Assembly: GCA_013265495.1 (NCBI GenBank)
Contig: MU057989.1
Coordinates: 1,193,513-1,257,512, forward strand
Source: Vicugna vicugna
Lineage: Eukaryota
Direction: 5' to 3'
Length of the DNA: 64,000 bases
Each line of letters begins with the position of its first letter. Positions within the stretch are counted from its first letter, which is position 1. Below are positions 36,362 through 47,780 of this stretch, one piece after another. Under the pieces are notes generated by a model. The model was not told where the DNA came from. It was given only the letters and a program-made list of their open reading frames with translations, and made no database searches. Both the position numbers and the translations under genes were made by a program.

Positions 36362-36495
36362 TGTAACCAGCCCTTCGAGCTCCTGCAAGACCTGGTGGAT
36401 CACGTCAACGACTACCATGTCAAGCCCGAGAAGGATGCGGGATACTGCTGCCACTGGGAGGGCTGCGCCCGCCACGGCCGCGGCTTCAATGCCAG
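36362..36495 (+). CDS. GLIS2: GLIS2 coding exon 4 (ZF1 and ZF2)
   Basis: CNQPFELLQDLVDHVNDYHVKPEKDAGYCCHWEGCARHGRGFNA(R). 134 nt. Confidence 0.97.
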
Positions 36496-36586
36496 GTGAG
36501 GGAGGGCAAGAGGGGTGCGAGGGAGGGGGCTCGGGTATGCAGTGAGCTGAGCTGTTCTCCCCTTACCCGTGTCCTCCTGGGAGCAG

Positions 36587-36705
36587 GTACAAGATGCTCA
36601 TTCACATCCGCACGCACACCAACGAGAAGCCGCACCGCTGCCCCACCTGCAGCAAGAGCTTCTCCCGCCTGGAGAACCTGAAGATCCACAACCGGTCGCA
36701 TACAG
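36587..36705 (+). CDS. GLIS2: GLIS2 coding exon 5 (ZF2 and ZF3)
   Basis: [39 protein letters not shown](G). 119 nt. Confidence 0.97.
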
Positions 36706-36950
36706 GTGAGGGGCGGAGCTGGAGGGCGGGGCTGGAGGGTGGGCCAAAGCACACACCCCACTGCTCAGCGCCCCTTGCTGGGGAAGCCTCTCCCTCTGTG
36801 CCCTTGACACACACTCTCAGGGCACAGACTTGACTTCCTGTGTCACGTCTGGCATTGTGTTCATATGATGGTTGACTCATGCCACCTGTGACTGCAGACA
36901 GTATGTCCCCTTGCTCCTCACTGTGCTGTGTACCCCAGCACACAGTAGGG

Positions 36951-37265
36951 CCAGCACTGGCTGGCAGAGCTGTACACCTAATTTTAAATTTCCTAAACAC
37001 TGGCGTTGAAAAAAAGTACAAAGAAATACATGATGAGATGAATGGTAATGATACATTTCCTTGAACCCAATATATTTGAAATGTTATTTTAATGTTAAAA
37101 CATCAACGGAACATGAAAATTCTTCATCTCATAGGAAGTCTACAGATTCTGGCGTGCATTCTCCCCCTGGTGTCTGTTTTACACTCACAGTGCATCTCAG
37201 TTTGGACCGGCCACACTTCAAAGGCTCACAGCCTCACGTGGCTCTGGCCGGCCCTGGTCAGCAGC
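36951..37265 (+). mobile_element. MER33/MER3-like hAT-Charlie relic in the last GLIS2 intron
   Basis: taattttaaatttcct...aacccaatatattt...gtctgttttacactcacagtgcatctcagtttggaccggccacacttcaa...cacgtggct resembles the recalled MER33 consensus. Confidence 0.7.
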
Positions 37266-37673
37266 AGCAGCCGTTTAGTAAATCTGGAGCCATTTTGCTG
37301 AGTCAGGGCCAAGGGCAGTCGGCATTCACGCAGAGCTCACTGTGGGCTGTGCCCTAGTGGGTCTTCATGTAATTATCTGTCAAAGTCGGCGCTCTCATCA
37401 CAGTCTGACACACGGGACCGAGTCCAAGGGCACACACACAGCCAGGCCCCAGGCTGGCTTCTCAGCGGCTATGCCCTGCTGCCCCCACCTGCAGTCAGAG
37501 CTCCTACCAGGTGCTGGGGACACTGCCTCCCAAATCAGACTGCCCGTGCTCTCAGGGAGATCTCGGTCTGAGGTGAGGGGCCTGGGGGCTCTTGGGTGGG
37601 TGGGTAAGGGCAGGAGACTGGGCTGCGTTGGCCCAGGAGGCAGGAGATTCCTCACACTGGCGCTGCCCTGCAG

Positions 37674-38473
37674 GCGAGAAGCCCTACGTGTGCCCCTACG
37701 AGGGCTGCAACAAGCGCTACTCTAACTCCAGCGACCGCTTCAAGCACACGCGCACCCACTACGTGGACAAGCCCTACTACTGCAAGATGCCCGGCTGCCA
37801 CAAGCGCTACACGGACCCCAGCTCGCTGCGCAAGCACATCAAGGCCCACGGCCACTTCGTGTCGCACGAGCAGCAAGAGCTCCTGCAGCTTCGCCCGCCC
37901 CCCAAACCGCCGCTGCCCGCCCCCGACGGCAGTCCCTATGTCAGCGGGGCCCAGATCATCATCCCCAACCCTGCTGCCCTCTTCGGAGGCCCTGGCCTGC
38001 CCGGCCTGCCGCTGCCCCTGGCCCCTGGCCCCCTTGACCTCAGCCTCCTGGCCTGTGGCAACGGTGGGGGCGGTGGGGGTGGGGGGGGCATGGGCCCTGG
38101 GCTGCCCAGCCCTGTCCTGCCCCTCAATCTGGCCAAGAACCCGCTGCTGCCCTCGCCCTTTGGGGCTGGCGGACTGGGCCTGCCCGTGGTCTCCCTCCTC
38201 GCTGGCTCCGCTGGCGGCAAGGCTGAGGGGGAGAAGGGGCGTGGGGCGGTGCCGGTCAGAGCCCTGGGCATGGAGGGACACAAGACCCCCCTGGAGAGGA
38301 CTGAGAGCGGCCGCTCCCGGCCAAGTCCCGACGGACTCCCCCTGTTGCCAGGCACCGTGCTGGACCTGTCCACGGGTGTCAACTCGGCGGCCAGCAGCCC
38401 AGAGGCGCTCGCTCCAGGCTGGGTGGTTATCCCACCAGGCTCCGTGCTGCTCAAACCAGCCGTGGTGAACTGA
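37674..38473 (+). CDS. GLIS2: GLIS2 coding exon 6 (ZF4, ZF5 and C-terminus); total CDS 1575 nt = 524 aa
   Basis: [58 protein letters not shown]...[12 protein letters not shown]. 800 nt. Confidence 0.98.
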
Positions 38474-40590
38474 ACCCATCCCAGTGGACAGCTACCACTT
38501 GCAGCCCAGCCAGCGGCTCCCAGCCCTACCCCCACAACCCCTGACGAACGGAAACTCTTCTGCGAAATAGCAATAATACCCTCCTGCCCTGGGGCCCGGT
38601 TGGCTGTGTCCCCTGGGCAGACACAGCCCCCGACAAGCTGGGCAGCTAGGATGGTGCTATGTCACTGCTTGTGTCCCGGGGGAATGGGGCCTGCCGGCCA
38701 GGGAGAGCTCTGCTCCTGGGTGCTGAGGTCGCTCACCTCTGGCCCTCCCCACCCTGCCCTCCACTTATCCCTAGGTCCCACTGGTCCCCTACTCTGGTGC
38801 TTCCCTCATCCAGTGGCCAACTGGGCAAGTCACCCTCCCTCCCTGCCTTGCCTACCTGCCAGCCACATCCCAGCAGTCAGGGTGGCACCTGCCTTCCCTG
38901 CTAACGTGGGCTCCCTCCCGTCCCTTCAGTGGTGAGCTGTAAGGAGCCCCCAGATCAAGGCTCTACCCCACACTGCCTAGCCTCACCAGGCCCCTGCTCT
39001 GGGGGCTCCTGACCCCTTTCCCTCTGGTCCACCCTCCAGAGGGAAAGCAAGACAGACGCAGGCCCTGGCAAAGCCACAGGAAGAAGCCACCGTACCCCTA
39101 TGACAAGGAGCCTCCCTGCTACTAGAGGGAGGCCCGCTCTGCCAGCTGCCCCACTGCTGGCCAGCTGAAGCAGCTAGCACACTGCCTGAGGGTCGGCCCC
39201 TTCTCTGGGTTGGCCGACACTCAAAGTAATGGGCTAGCTGACCACTTATTTGCCGCTTCTCTGCTGGGCCTCCTCCCTCTGCTTTTGGGGAGCCCTGGGA
39301 GTGTGGGGAGTGGAGCCTTGAGCGGCAAGAGGTGGTGCCTGGACCCAGGGCCCGCCCAGCTCAGGGAACAGGTGGGGCTGGGCCTAGCCTGGGGCAGTGC
39401 CATCCTGCACAAGTGGCTACAGGGCGTCAGGACGGGAGGCTGGCTGGGGACCACCCCAGGCTGGGATATGGCTCCTGTTCTAGGGGTGCCAAGTCACAAC
39501 CAGCTCCAGGCTGGTGCTGGGCAGGGGAGCTTTCTGGAGGCCATGGACTGAAGCCTGGAGCAGGGGAGAGCAGCCAAGGATGGTCACAGGAAGACCTAGC
39601 CCCTCCGCCTGGGAAGGGGAAGTCAGAGGCAAGAGCCTGGACTTGCAACGTGGCTTTTCTGACTGAGACTGTCCTAGGTGTCTCTCCTTTGCTCCCACCC
39701 TGCCTGCTCCCCCAGTGCAGGGGGCCAGAATGAGCTAAGGATGCTGGTGTTCCTGACCCACAGTCCATCCACTGTCCAGTCCCAGGGAGCTGGGCTCTCC
39801 CAGAGGCCCTGGAGAGGCAGTATGTACCCCAACCCTGAGCCCTTGCTGCTCCCTCCCCGGAAGTGGCCTGGTGCGTCCTGGGAGGTGTGGGCCTGGCAGT
39901 AGGGAGCTCTGGCTCGTAGGCCTGCCCTGTGCTTGGCTGCAGTAACCAAGCCCTCTGTTTCCCCATCTGCAGAACAAGGGAGCTGCCAGACAGCAGTGGG
40001 GTCCCTGGCAGCCTTGCGGTTCCAGGGTCCCCCTCCATTCCTCTGAGCAGCTCTGCTGACCCTACCCTTTCCTGGACCGCCCTTCTGTCCCAGAGGGGTC
40101 ACCCTGACCCGGCCCACTGTCAGGGCCTGGCAGTGCTGGCTCTGCCCTTCGAAGGGGCTGTGAAAAAAGCTGGAGGGAGCTGGTCTCCTTCCTTCACGCC
40201 CCACCCAGGACCCAGGCACCCCCACCCCAACTAAGGGCCTCAGGCCTTAAGTCCCCGTTGGGGTGAGGGGTTTGAGACTCGAGCCCAGGGAGCAGAGGAA
40301 CAGGGCACTGGAAAGTGACATTAGCTCAGCATGTGACTCGGTGATAGACCAGGCTCGAAGGGGCCGGTGTATGTGTTGTTGTCAGTTTGTTGTTGCACAT
40401 TCCAGGATATCAGTATTTTAACAGGTTCTAAGTGCCTTTCTATCGTAGCTTATGTTTTTCCTCCTCTTGGCTCCATTGCTGTTAGCATAGAGTTTAAAAA
40501 AAAAGAGAGATAAGCTAATGACTATAACAATATATTCCTCCATGTGAGAGGAAGTTTATAAAGAAACAATAAAAGTGAGTTACAAACATG
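38474..40590 (+). other. GLIS2: GLIS2 3'UTR (about 2.1 kb, end approximate)
   Basis: Runs from the stop to the first AATAAA; the distal 200 nt is AT-rich. Confidence 0.75.
40568..40573 (+). terminator. GLIS2: GLIS2 polyadenylation signal AATAAA
   Basis: gaaacAATAAAagtgag, followed by GT-rich catggtttgtctt. Confidence 0.8.
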
Positions 40591-41336
40591 GTTTGTCTTG
40601 GATGTGCAGGAGCTGGGTGACAAGACAGGAGACCACCTCTCACAGCCCCGTGCCTGGCTCTGGGGTCACCCACCCAGAGTGCAACACTGAGGCCCTGTTC
40701 TGAGGTTTCCTCCTGACCCCAGGGGCGCCACAACATGTCTGCTGCTGGGAGCTGGAAGGGAAGGGCAGGAGCAGGGTGGGTGCTGAGACAGAACACATTG
40801 TGGGTTCAGGCCCTTACCCGCCACTCCCTACTGTGACTTTGGTGAGGAGCTTAGCTCTGGGGGAGGCCAGCTCCCTGGCCTCAATGCAGAGAGGCTGGTG
40901 AAGGCTTCTCTTCCTCAGCCACACCCAGGGGTTCTCCCCCGAGATTACTGAGATGGTAGTGCCAAACCCAGCTCAGGGAAAGACAGCCTGTTCCAGAGCT
41001 TGGGGCCGGGGGCTCCATTCACCAGCTGGACGGGCAGGGGCAGACCTGAGGACGGTGATGCCGAGGGAGGGCCTGGCCCTGGCGCTGTGACAGCAGGAGT
41101 GACTGCGTCTGTATGTGACAGAATGCAGCCAGCTCTCCTCAGATCAGCAGGAACAGGCTGGCCAGCTTTTCACCAACTTCGCCCACCCTGGCTTCGCTGG
41201 GTGTCAAAGGTTCAATAACAGGGAGGTGGACATCACTGCCTCCCCCTCCCCTGCACGCACAGCCCCACAACTGGCTGGAAGAGCAGCCTGCCTTCTGGAA
41301 TCTGGATGTGTGCACTCAAGAAATGCGGAAAAGACA

Positions 41337-41342
41337 TTTATT
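41337..41342 (-). terminator. PAM16: PAM16 polyadenylation signal AATAAA
   Basis: TTTATT on +, 52 nt past the PAM16 stop. Confidence 0.85.
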
Positions 41343-41394
41343 ATCGAGCTATAAATTAGAGGCAGTGGCGGGGTGGGTGGGAGAAGCCGAGTGG

Positions 41395-41478
41395 TCACGT
41401 TTTGGGCGGCTGCTCTTTCTCTCTGTCCTGGGCCTGGATCCTGAGTTCCTCATCAAGGCGCTCCTTCGCTCGGACCAC
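41395..41478 (-). CDS. PAM16: PAM16 (Magmas/Tim16) coding exon 5
   Basis: VVRAKERLDEELRIQAQDREKEQPPKT-TGA. 84 nt. Confidence 0.95.
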   Translation of the reverse strand: MVRAKERLDEELRIQAQDREKEQPPKT

Positions 41479-41915
41479 CTGGGGAGGGAGTCACAAGTAA
41501 GTTAGGGAGGGTGGCCCCTTCCCTTCCCAGGTCCAGCTCCGGCTGGGAGTCCCTGGAGAGCAGTGGGCAGGTCAGAGGTAACAGCTTGAGTGGAATATAA
41601 ACAGAGAGGGGGTTCTAGGGGCCTCCTCTCCAGGGAGACAGCACCCAGGGCATAGTGACACCAGGGAGCTGAGCTGGTTCTAGCACCCCACCAGCTAGTG
41701 GTCCTGTTCCTTCAAAGCCACGGCTGCTGGGAGGACCACAGTCCAGGATGACACAGGGCTCTGGCCAACAAAGCCCTGTGGAGCAGGCAGCCTGAGGGAC
41801 TAGCAGTTTAGGGGGGCCTCCCTGAGCCTGGAACACCTCTCTCCCTGCCAAGCTCTGAACTGCCTAGAAATGAGGGTCCCCAACCATGAGAAGAGGCCCT
41901 TCTCCCAGCACTCAC

Positions 41916-41981
41916 CTTTGACTGTAGGTAGAAGGAGCCACCCACGGATTTATCGTTCACCTTGAACAGGTGTTCGTAGTT
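41916..41981 (-). CDS. PAM16: PAM16 coding exon 4
   Basis: [22 protein letters not shown]. cag/gtgag. 66 nt. Confidence 0.97.
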
Positions 41982-42338
41982 CTGCAGAGGAGGGGAGACG
42001 GTGAGAGGGTGTGCAGTCTCTGGGTTACAGAGGCAGGGGAAGCTAGGAGATGAGAAAGGAGGAAAGCAAAAGGGCTCAACCTCCCTGCCCCGCTACAACA
42101 CAGGAAGCTGCTGCGATGGCTAAGGACAGAGAAGGGGACAGGTGCCCACTGAGGGAGGGGCTCCCCATCTCTGCCACTGCTGCCTTGGGCTTAAACACCA
42201 AGTGACAGTGGCTCCGCAAGTTCAAGTCCCAGCTGGCTGCAGCAGAGCCTGCACTGCTGGCCCTTCAGACAGCCTCCTCCCCTCCTCCCCACCCCTCTCT
42301 CTGTTCTCCCTGTCTCAGAGCTGGCCTGGAGGTCTCAC

Positions 42339-42475
42339 CTTCTGGATCTCCTCAGGGCTCAGCTTGGAGACGTTGAGAATCTGCTGTGCCTCCTGGAGGC
42401 TGAGGCCCGAGAGGTTGGAGGCAGCTGCAGACTGGTGTCCGGCGCGGCCTCGGGCATCAGCTGCTGCCCGGCTGG
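42339..42475 (-). CDS. PAM16: PAM16 coding exon 3
   Basis: (A)[45 protein letters not shown]. 137 nt. Confidence 0.97.
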
Positions 42476-42840
42476 CTATGGGGACATATGGGTGAGCACT
42501 CAGCCCTCAGTAGCCTGGAGCTCCCCCGGGCCTTTCAAGGGGGCATCTCCTCTCCAGGAGTGGACTGTTAGGGTACGAGGTTGGGGGTGGTGAAGTGAGG
42601 ACAGATTTTCCGCCTCCTGGAGGGCAGGGGCAGGGTCTGGTCACACCCAGCATCAGACCACAGGATGATCCTGCCCTCGTCTCTCCTGTGCCCCCTCATC
42701 CTGGGCGTATAGTAAGTTCGGGAGCAGAGTGACATCATGGGAGGGGTGGCATAGCTGTTGAGCCCCAGCTGCCCTACGGTTGCCTAAGCCACCAGGGAGG
42801 CTGCCTCAGATGACCTCTTCCCTTTCAACAATCTTAGATT

Positions 42841-43015
42841 CAGGAGCCAGTACACTTTTCTTAAAGGGTCAAAGAATAAATCAGTATTTTAGCTTTGCTG
42901 GCCAATTAGTCTGTGTTGCAATTACTGAACTCTGCCTTGAAAGCAGCTGGAGGGTGTGTCTGTGTTCCAATAAAACTTTATTTACAAGAACAGGTGACCA
43001 GTGTGCCGACTCCTG
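42841..43015 (+). mobile_element. MER58A-like hAT-Charlie relic in PAM16 intron 2
   Basis: aaagggtcaaag...tattttagctttgctggcc...tgtgttccaataaaactttatttacaa...gccgactcctg matches the recalled MER58A consensus. Confidence 0.85.
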
Positions 43016-43228
43016 GCTAAATGCTCCACCAGGTCTCCCTTTCATGGGAAGGTCCCAAAGTCCAGTACTGCCCCCAATAGGAAGTGCCCCAGGCCCCGCA
43101 AGCTGCCTGAACCCCACCCTAGAGGGTCCCTGCATTCACAGCCGGCCCAGTATAAGGGGCCTATAGCTACGGGGAAAATCTGACCCAGGCAGGAGCTCCC
43201 AGCCCAAGGAATCAGGGTCCACACTTAC

Positions 43229-43313
43229 CTGCAAACTCCTGCCGCAGGGCCCGAGCGAAGGCCCTGCCCACCACCTGCATGCCCATCACAATGATCTGGG
43301 CCAGGTACTTGGC
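43229..43313 (-). CDS. PAM16: PAM16 coding exon 2
   Basis: [28 protein letters not shown]. Phase-0 acceptor cccacag, donor gtaagt. 85 nt. Confidence 0.97.
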
Positions 43314-45451
43314 CTGTGGGCAGAGCAGGCACCTGTTAGCAGGCCGCATTCTCAGGGCCCCCAGAGATGGACCCTGGACATGGTGGCTGAGTGGCCAGGC
43401 TTCTGAAGAGCTGAGGGAAGGAAACTCAGACCATAGGCCACTTTCTCCAAAGCACTCCGATAAGCTGCTGCTCTGGGTGGCTCACAGGACAGCAGGCTAG
43501 GGGTAAACCTGAGAGTCCCAGGAAGCAGATGGGACTCTCCCTCGGCCTTCAGAAGAGGTGGACAGGAGCCAAGGCAAAGTGGCCCGGGAGCCAGAACTTG
43601 GGGCTGGCCCCAGACTCACCACTCACCTTGCCACTGCAGGCCAATGCCTGTGCGTCGGAGCTTGGCTGGTCTGGCCTTCACTTTACTGGTGGAGAAAGGC
43701 AGTGCCATTCTAACACTCCCAACACTATTCAAATCCATTCTATTCAACACAACAAGAGTAAAACAACCACCGTCTTCAAGGAGCAAAGCCCACTAGGCAG
43801 GCATTTAGACAAACTCGGCAGGGACCAAGTGATGAGGGAGACCAGGTCCCTCCCCTGTTACCAGCTCACTCCTTCACTCAGAGGCTTCCTGAGAGTTGGC
43901 ACTGGGACCACGAAGATACACAGGACCCAGCTCTGTGGGAAGTCCTCCACCACAGCACAGCACGGGGTCTTCTACCCCAAGACTACATGACCCAATGCAC
44001 CAGGGAGGAAAGTGGGGCATCTCATCAGGTGTGACCAGAGGCGCGGAAAGGCAACAGAGGGACACCCCAGGAACAAGATGGAGACTCTGGGAGGCAACAG
44101 CACTTCTCCTGGGCAGGTGGAATTATGACGGGAATACAGGCACTTCCTAGGCAGAGGGACAAGGGTGAGTCCAAACTGGGGGAGAGTGTAAGGGATGCCT
44201 GGGAGCAGCCAGGAGCCCAGGGACTTGTAAATAGTAAGAGGTAAGACGAGGGAGGCGGCTGACATGGGAGACATACAGATCTTACAGCGATCAAAGATTA
44301 TAAGTATTACAAACAGACAGCACGTGTGTGTGAAATGTGCGCAGAAAGGACACTGGGAGAGCGCTCACTGCAGGTCACCACTGCTCACGTGGCACATCTA
44401 GGTGGTTTCCCTTCTTCTTCATACTCTTTTATAGTTAAGATTTCCTATCCGTCAACAAGTACTGATTTAGCCAAGGTACCAAGTGCTGTGCCAAACATAC
44501 TCTATTCATTGTGCACTTTAATCCCAACAACTCGACACTGAAACACAGAGGAGTTTAGTGACCAACCTGAGGACACACAGCTAGAACCTGGGAGAAGGTG
44601 GGCAGAAAACCCACAGCCAGTGCTATCAGCCATGGCACCCCCAGGCTGCCCGCCTCACACAGGATCCCAGGGTCTGCAGGGAGGGCGACTGAACATGACA
44701 AGGATCAGAACCCAATCCTGAGGCTGAAGAGGGACTCATCAGATTCCAGTGGAATCCAGACTCCAGACCTGGCCTTTCTGGCCTCTCTAATGGGCAGGGC
44801 AGGATGTGGTTCTGTGCCATTAGTGGGAATTAATACATGGGAAGTGGGCTTAGATTTCATAAGCCTTGTATTTCACAACAGAAAGCAAAGCTGCTTTCTG
44901 TGAAGACTCTCCAGAGATCAGAGGGAGGGGCGGGGCCGCAGCCAGGTGGGCTGTGGTGTAGACAAATGAGGATCCTTTGCACATTGGAAGTCTCACCTGG
45001 CTTCTTCCCCCCAAACCCCCTCCTTGCCTAAAGCCTCTCCCAAGTGGGACAGGAGGCTCTGAGATGGACAGCTGGTCCTCCTGAGGGACAGACAGTCTGA
45101 CTGGCCAGCAGGTGACTCCAAGGGTTCCCTCGTTCTGGACCTCCTGTCAGGCCTCAGAGCACCTCCTTCTGCTGCAACACCTGTGCGGAGCCCCATCGTC
45201 ACACAATGCCTTGTACTCAGGCGTGACTGTTGCTACATAATGAACACCAGGAGCAGAAGCTGTCATTGGACAGCTCCCTCAACACCCCCTGCACAACAGC
45301 CTGTGGTTCCTGCTGCCAGAGCTCCATGGCTGCGGGGCAGGCTAGGCTATCCTGCAAAGCTTCAGAGACTACCCCAGCCATCCAAGGGAGCTGTCTGTTG
45401 GCCCACTGCAGCCACCAAGGGTCCCTGGAAGGCATCTCTTGGGGGAGGCAG

Positions 45452-45665
45452 TGATGTAGTGGGTACACAGGCAAACTTTGAGATCATCCGTGTGCAAATC
45501 CTAGCTGTGCGCCCTGGACAAGCTCTCAGTTTCCCCGAGCCTCAGTTTCCTCTCCTGTAAAATGGGCCCAACAATAGGGCTGCCACAGGTATTAAATGAG
45601 ATAATGCTTTTAAAGTGTCAGACACAGAGCATGATGAAACAATAGGTGCTTAATAAATGTTGGTT
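45452..45665 (+). mobile_element. MIR SINE
   Basis: agctgtgcgccctggacaag...cctcagtttcctctcctgtaaaatggg...attaaatgagataatgc...taataaatgttgg. Confidence 0.8.
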
Positions 45666-47104
45666 TTCATTTACAACTGCTCTGTTTTTCACAAAGCCGG
45701 CAATGGCCAGGCATCATGGAGGAACAAAGCTGCTCCCAACACAGCTGCTCATTTGATAGGTCCTCTGACTCCTCAGGGGAGAGGCTGAGGAATCACAACA
45801 CTGGGCTACATTCCCAAGGAGCTAGATAGAGGCCGTGTGGGCGAGGAGTGAGAAGGCTGCTTTAGTCAGGCTGATATAACCTGGATCCTAGCTTCGCTTC
45901 TTGCCAGCTGTGTGGCCCTGGGCAGATCACTCAACTTCTCTGATCTTCAGTTTTCTTCAGAATAATACCCTCCTCACAGGAGGGCTGCGAGGACTCAGAA
46001 GGCAAGGCAAATTAAACTAAGTGGACAGACTGATAGTGGCAGGTCCAGAGCAGCTCAACAGCTGCTCTGCTTCCAGACCAGATCCTGCCTGGTGCTGAAT
46101 GGTGTGGAGATCAGAGGCGCAGCCAAGTCTCTCACCCACCTACTCAACACCCAGATGCCTGCTGAGTGCCAACTGTGGGTCTGCTGTGCTCAGAGCTGAT
46201 GATTCAGAGGGGCACAGTTCTGCCAGCTGCAGCTACCACAGGAGATGAAGACAGCCACCAGCTGAGGCCTCTCCCAGAAAGCCCTAAAACACCCCACAGC
46301 CCACTGACTGACACTTGGGCTTGAAGACCCTTGGCAAGAGCAACTGGCTGACAGGGCATCCAATTCAGGCCAAGCGGATGGTCAAGGAGCAGAGGTCAGA
46401 GCCACAGGACTTGGACACTGAGGACGGCACATGCTTTCCTGTCTGGGGAGCAGTGTGGCCCAAAGCAGGACCAAAGCCCTGCAGCTGGGGCAAAGGACCA
46501 CAGGCAGTGGGGGTGAGGGGAGGTTGGGAAGCACTCAGGAATGCAGTTTATCCCACGTCAAGTGCATCAGGAAGGGAGCCTGGCTTTGGACAGACAGATG
46601 TGCAACGTTCCCTTCGAGGCACAGTTCCTTGAGCTCCGAGTCATGGCCACTGACTCAACCCCTTCTCAAGGACGCATGGAGACAGAAAGGGGGCTCTTTC
46701 CACCCAGGGCCCCTGAAAACAGCTGCTGGCATCATAACTAGGCAGAAGGGAGGTTAGGACCACAACTGTCACATGTGCCATGATATACCCAGGGACCAGT
46801 GGCTAGCACAGCAGGTGCCCAATACACGTTTGAATGAAGGGGACAAGGTCTGACGAGGTTTCCAAGTGCCTCCCACTCCCTCTGCTGAAGGAGGACTCTG
46901 GCCATCCCCCACAACACACACAATTCTCCACCAATGCCACAGCCACCACCAGTGAAGTCCGCGCTCCCCCCAGCTCATCATCGCAAGCTGTCTGGCTACA
47001 AATGACTTCAGCTTCCTCTCCCCTCACCACTCTACACAAGTCATGCAGCCACACCATCAACTCCCAGATCAGCACTCCTTCTTTACCCCAAAGTCCTGTA
47101 GTTC

Positions 47105-47245
47105 TGAATTCATACACCATACAGGTCACTTTTCTCAGGTGAACAATCCAGTGCTTTAGAATATTCACAGAGCTGTGTAATGACTATCAGTAATTCCAGA
47201 ACATTTTCATTATCCTTCCAAAAAACTCCATACCCACTAACCCTG
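47105..47245 (-). mobile_element. L1M 3' fragment (antisense)
   Basis: aattcatacaccatacaggtcac...aatattcacagagctgtgtaatgactatc...ccagaacattttcat. Confidence 0.65.
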
Positions 47246-47589
47246 ACCCTTGTCCTTCCTACTCTGATACTCGGTCAAAGACCAACATCCTTCAAGACTT
47301 AGCTCATGTCACCCCCTTCCCGAGTGAAATCTTCCCAGGCTCCTCCCACTTTTACCCTCCCATAGCACTCTTTCTTGTCCTATTAATACACTGTCACACT
47401 GTCCTATTTTAAAGACTAGTCTTTCTCCTTAAAGGTACAAACTCCTCCAGAGCCACATTTTACTCAGCCCTCAGGGGTGACTCTGCGTTACACAACGTGT
47501 GAATGTGTGTGAAAGACCCACATCAGGGAGGGTCCTGAGAAAATGGCAGCGACTATTTCAAGGCAGGAACAATGTGGTGCTAAGTAAGT

Positions 47590-47780
47590 AGTCTCAGGAC
47601 ACAGAAGGAGCTGGGCTCAAAATGGGATGAGCGACCCTGGAGGAGTCAGATGCTCTGAGCTTCAGGTTGCTTATCTGTAAAATGGGGACAATGAAAGCAC
47701 TGACATCATCAGAATTAAACAGGAATCTACAAAAGCCTCAGCTCAGGGCCTGGCATTTTGTAAGTTCTCACCTCATCACT
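47590..47780 (+). mobile_element. MIR SINE
   Basis: ctctgagcttcaggttgcttatctgtaaaatggggacaatgaaagcac...gggcctggcattttgtaag. Confidence 0.65.

Noticed and set aside
37652-38535. 275-aa and 199-aa antisense ORFs
   Set aside because: Shadows of the GC-rich last GLIS2 exon; no independent promoter or recognisable protein.
46834-47142. 102-aa Ser/Thr-rich ORF in PAM16 intron 1
   Set aside because: Overlaps decayed L2/L1-like sequence and has no splice or Kozak support.
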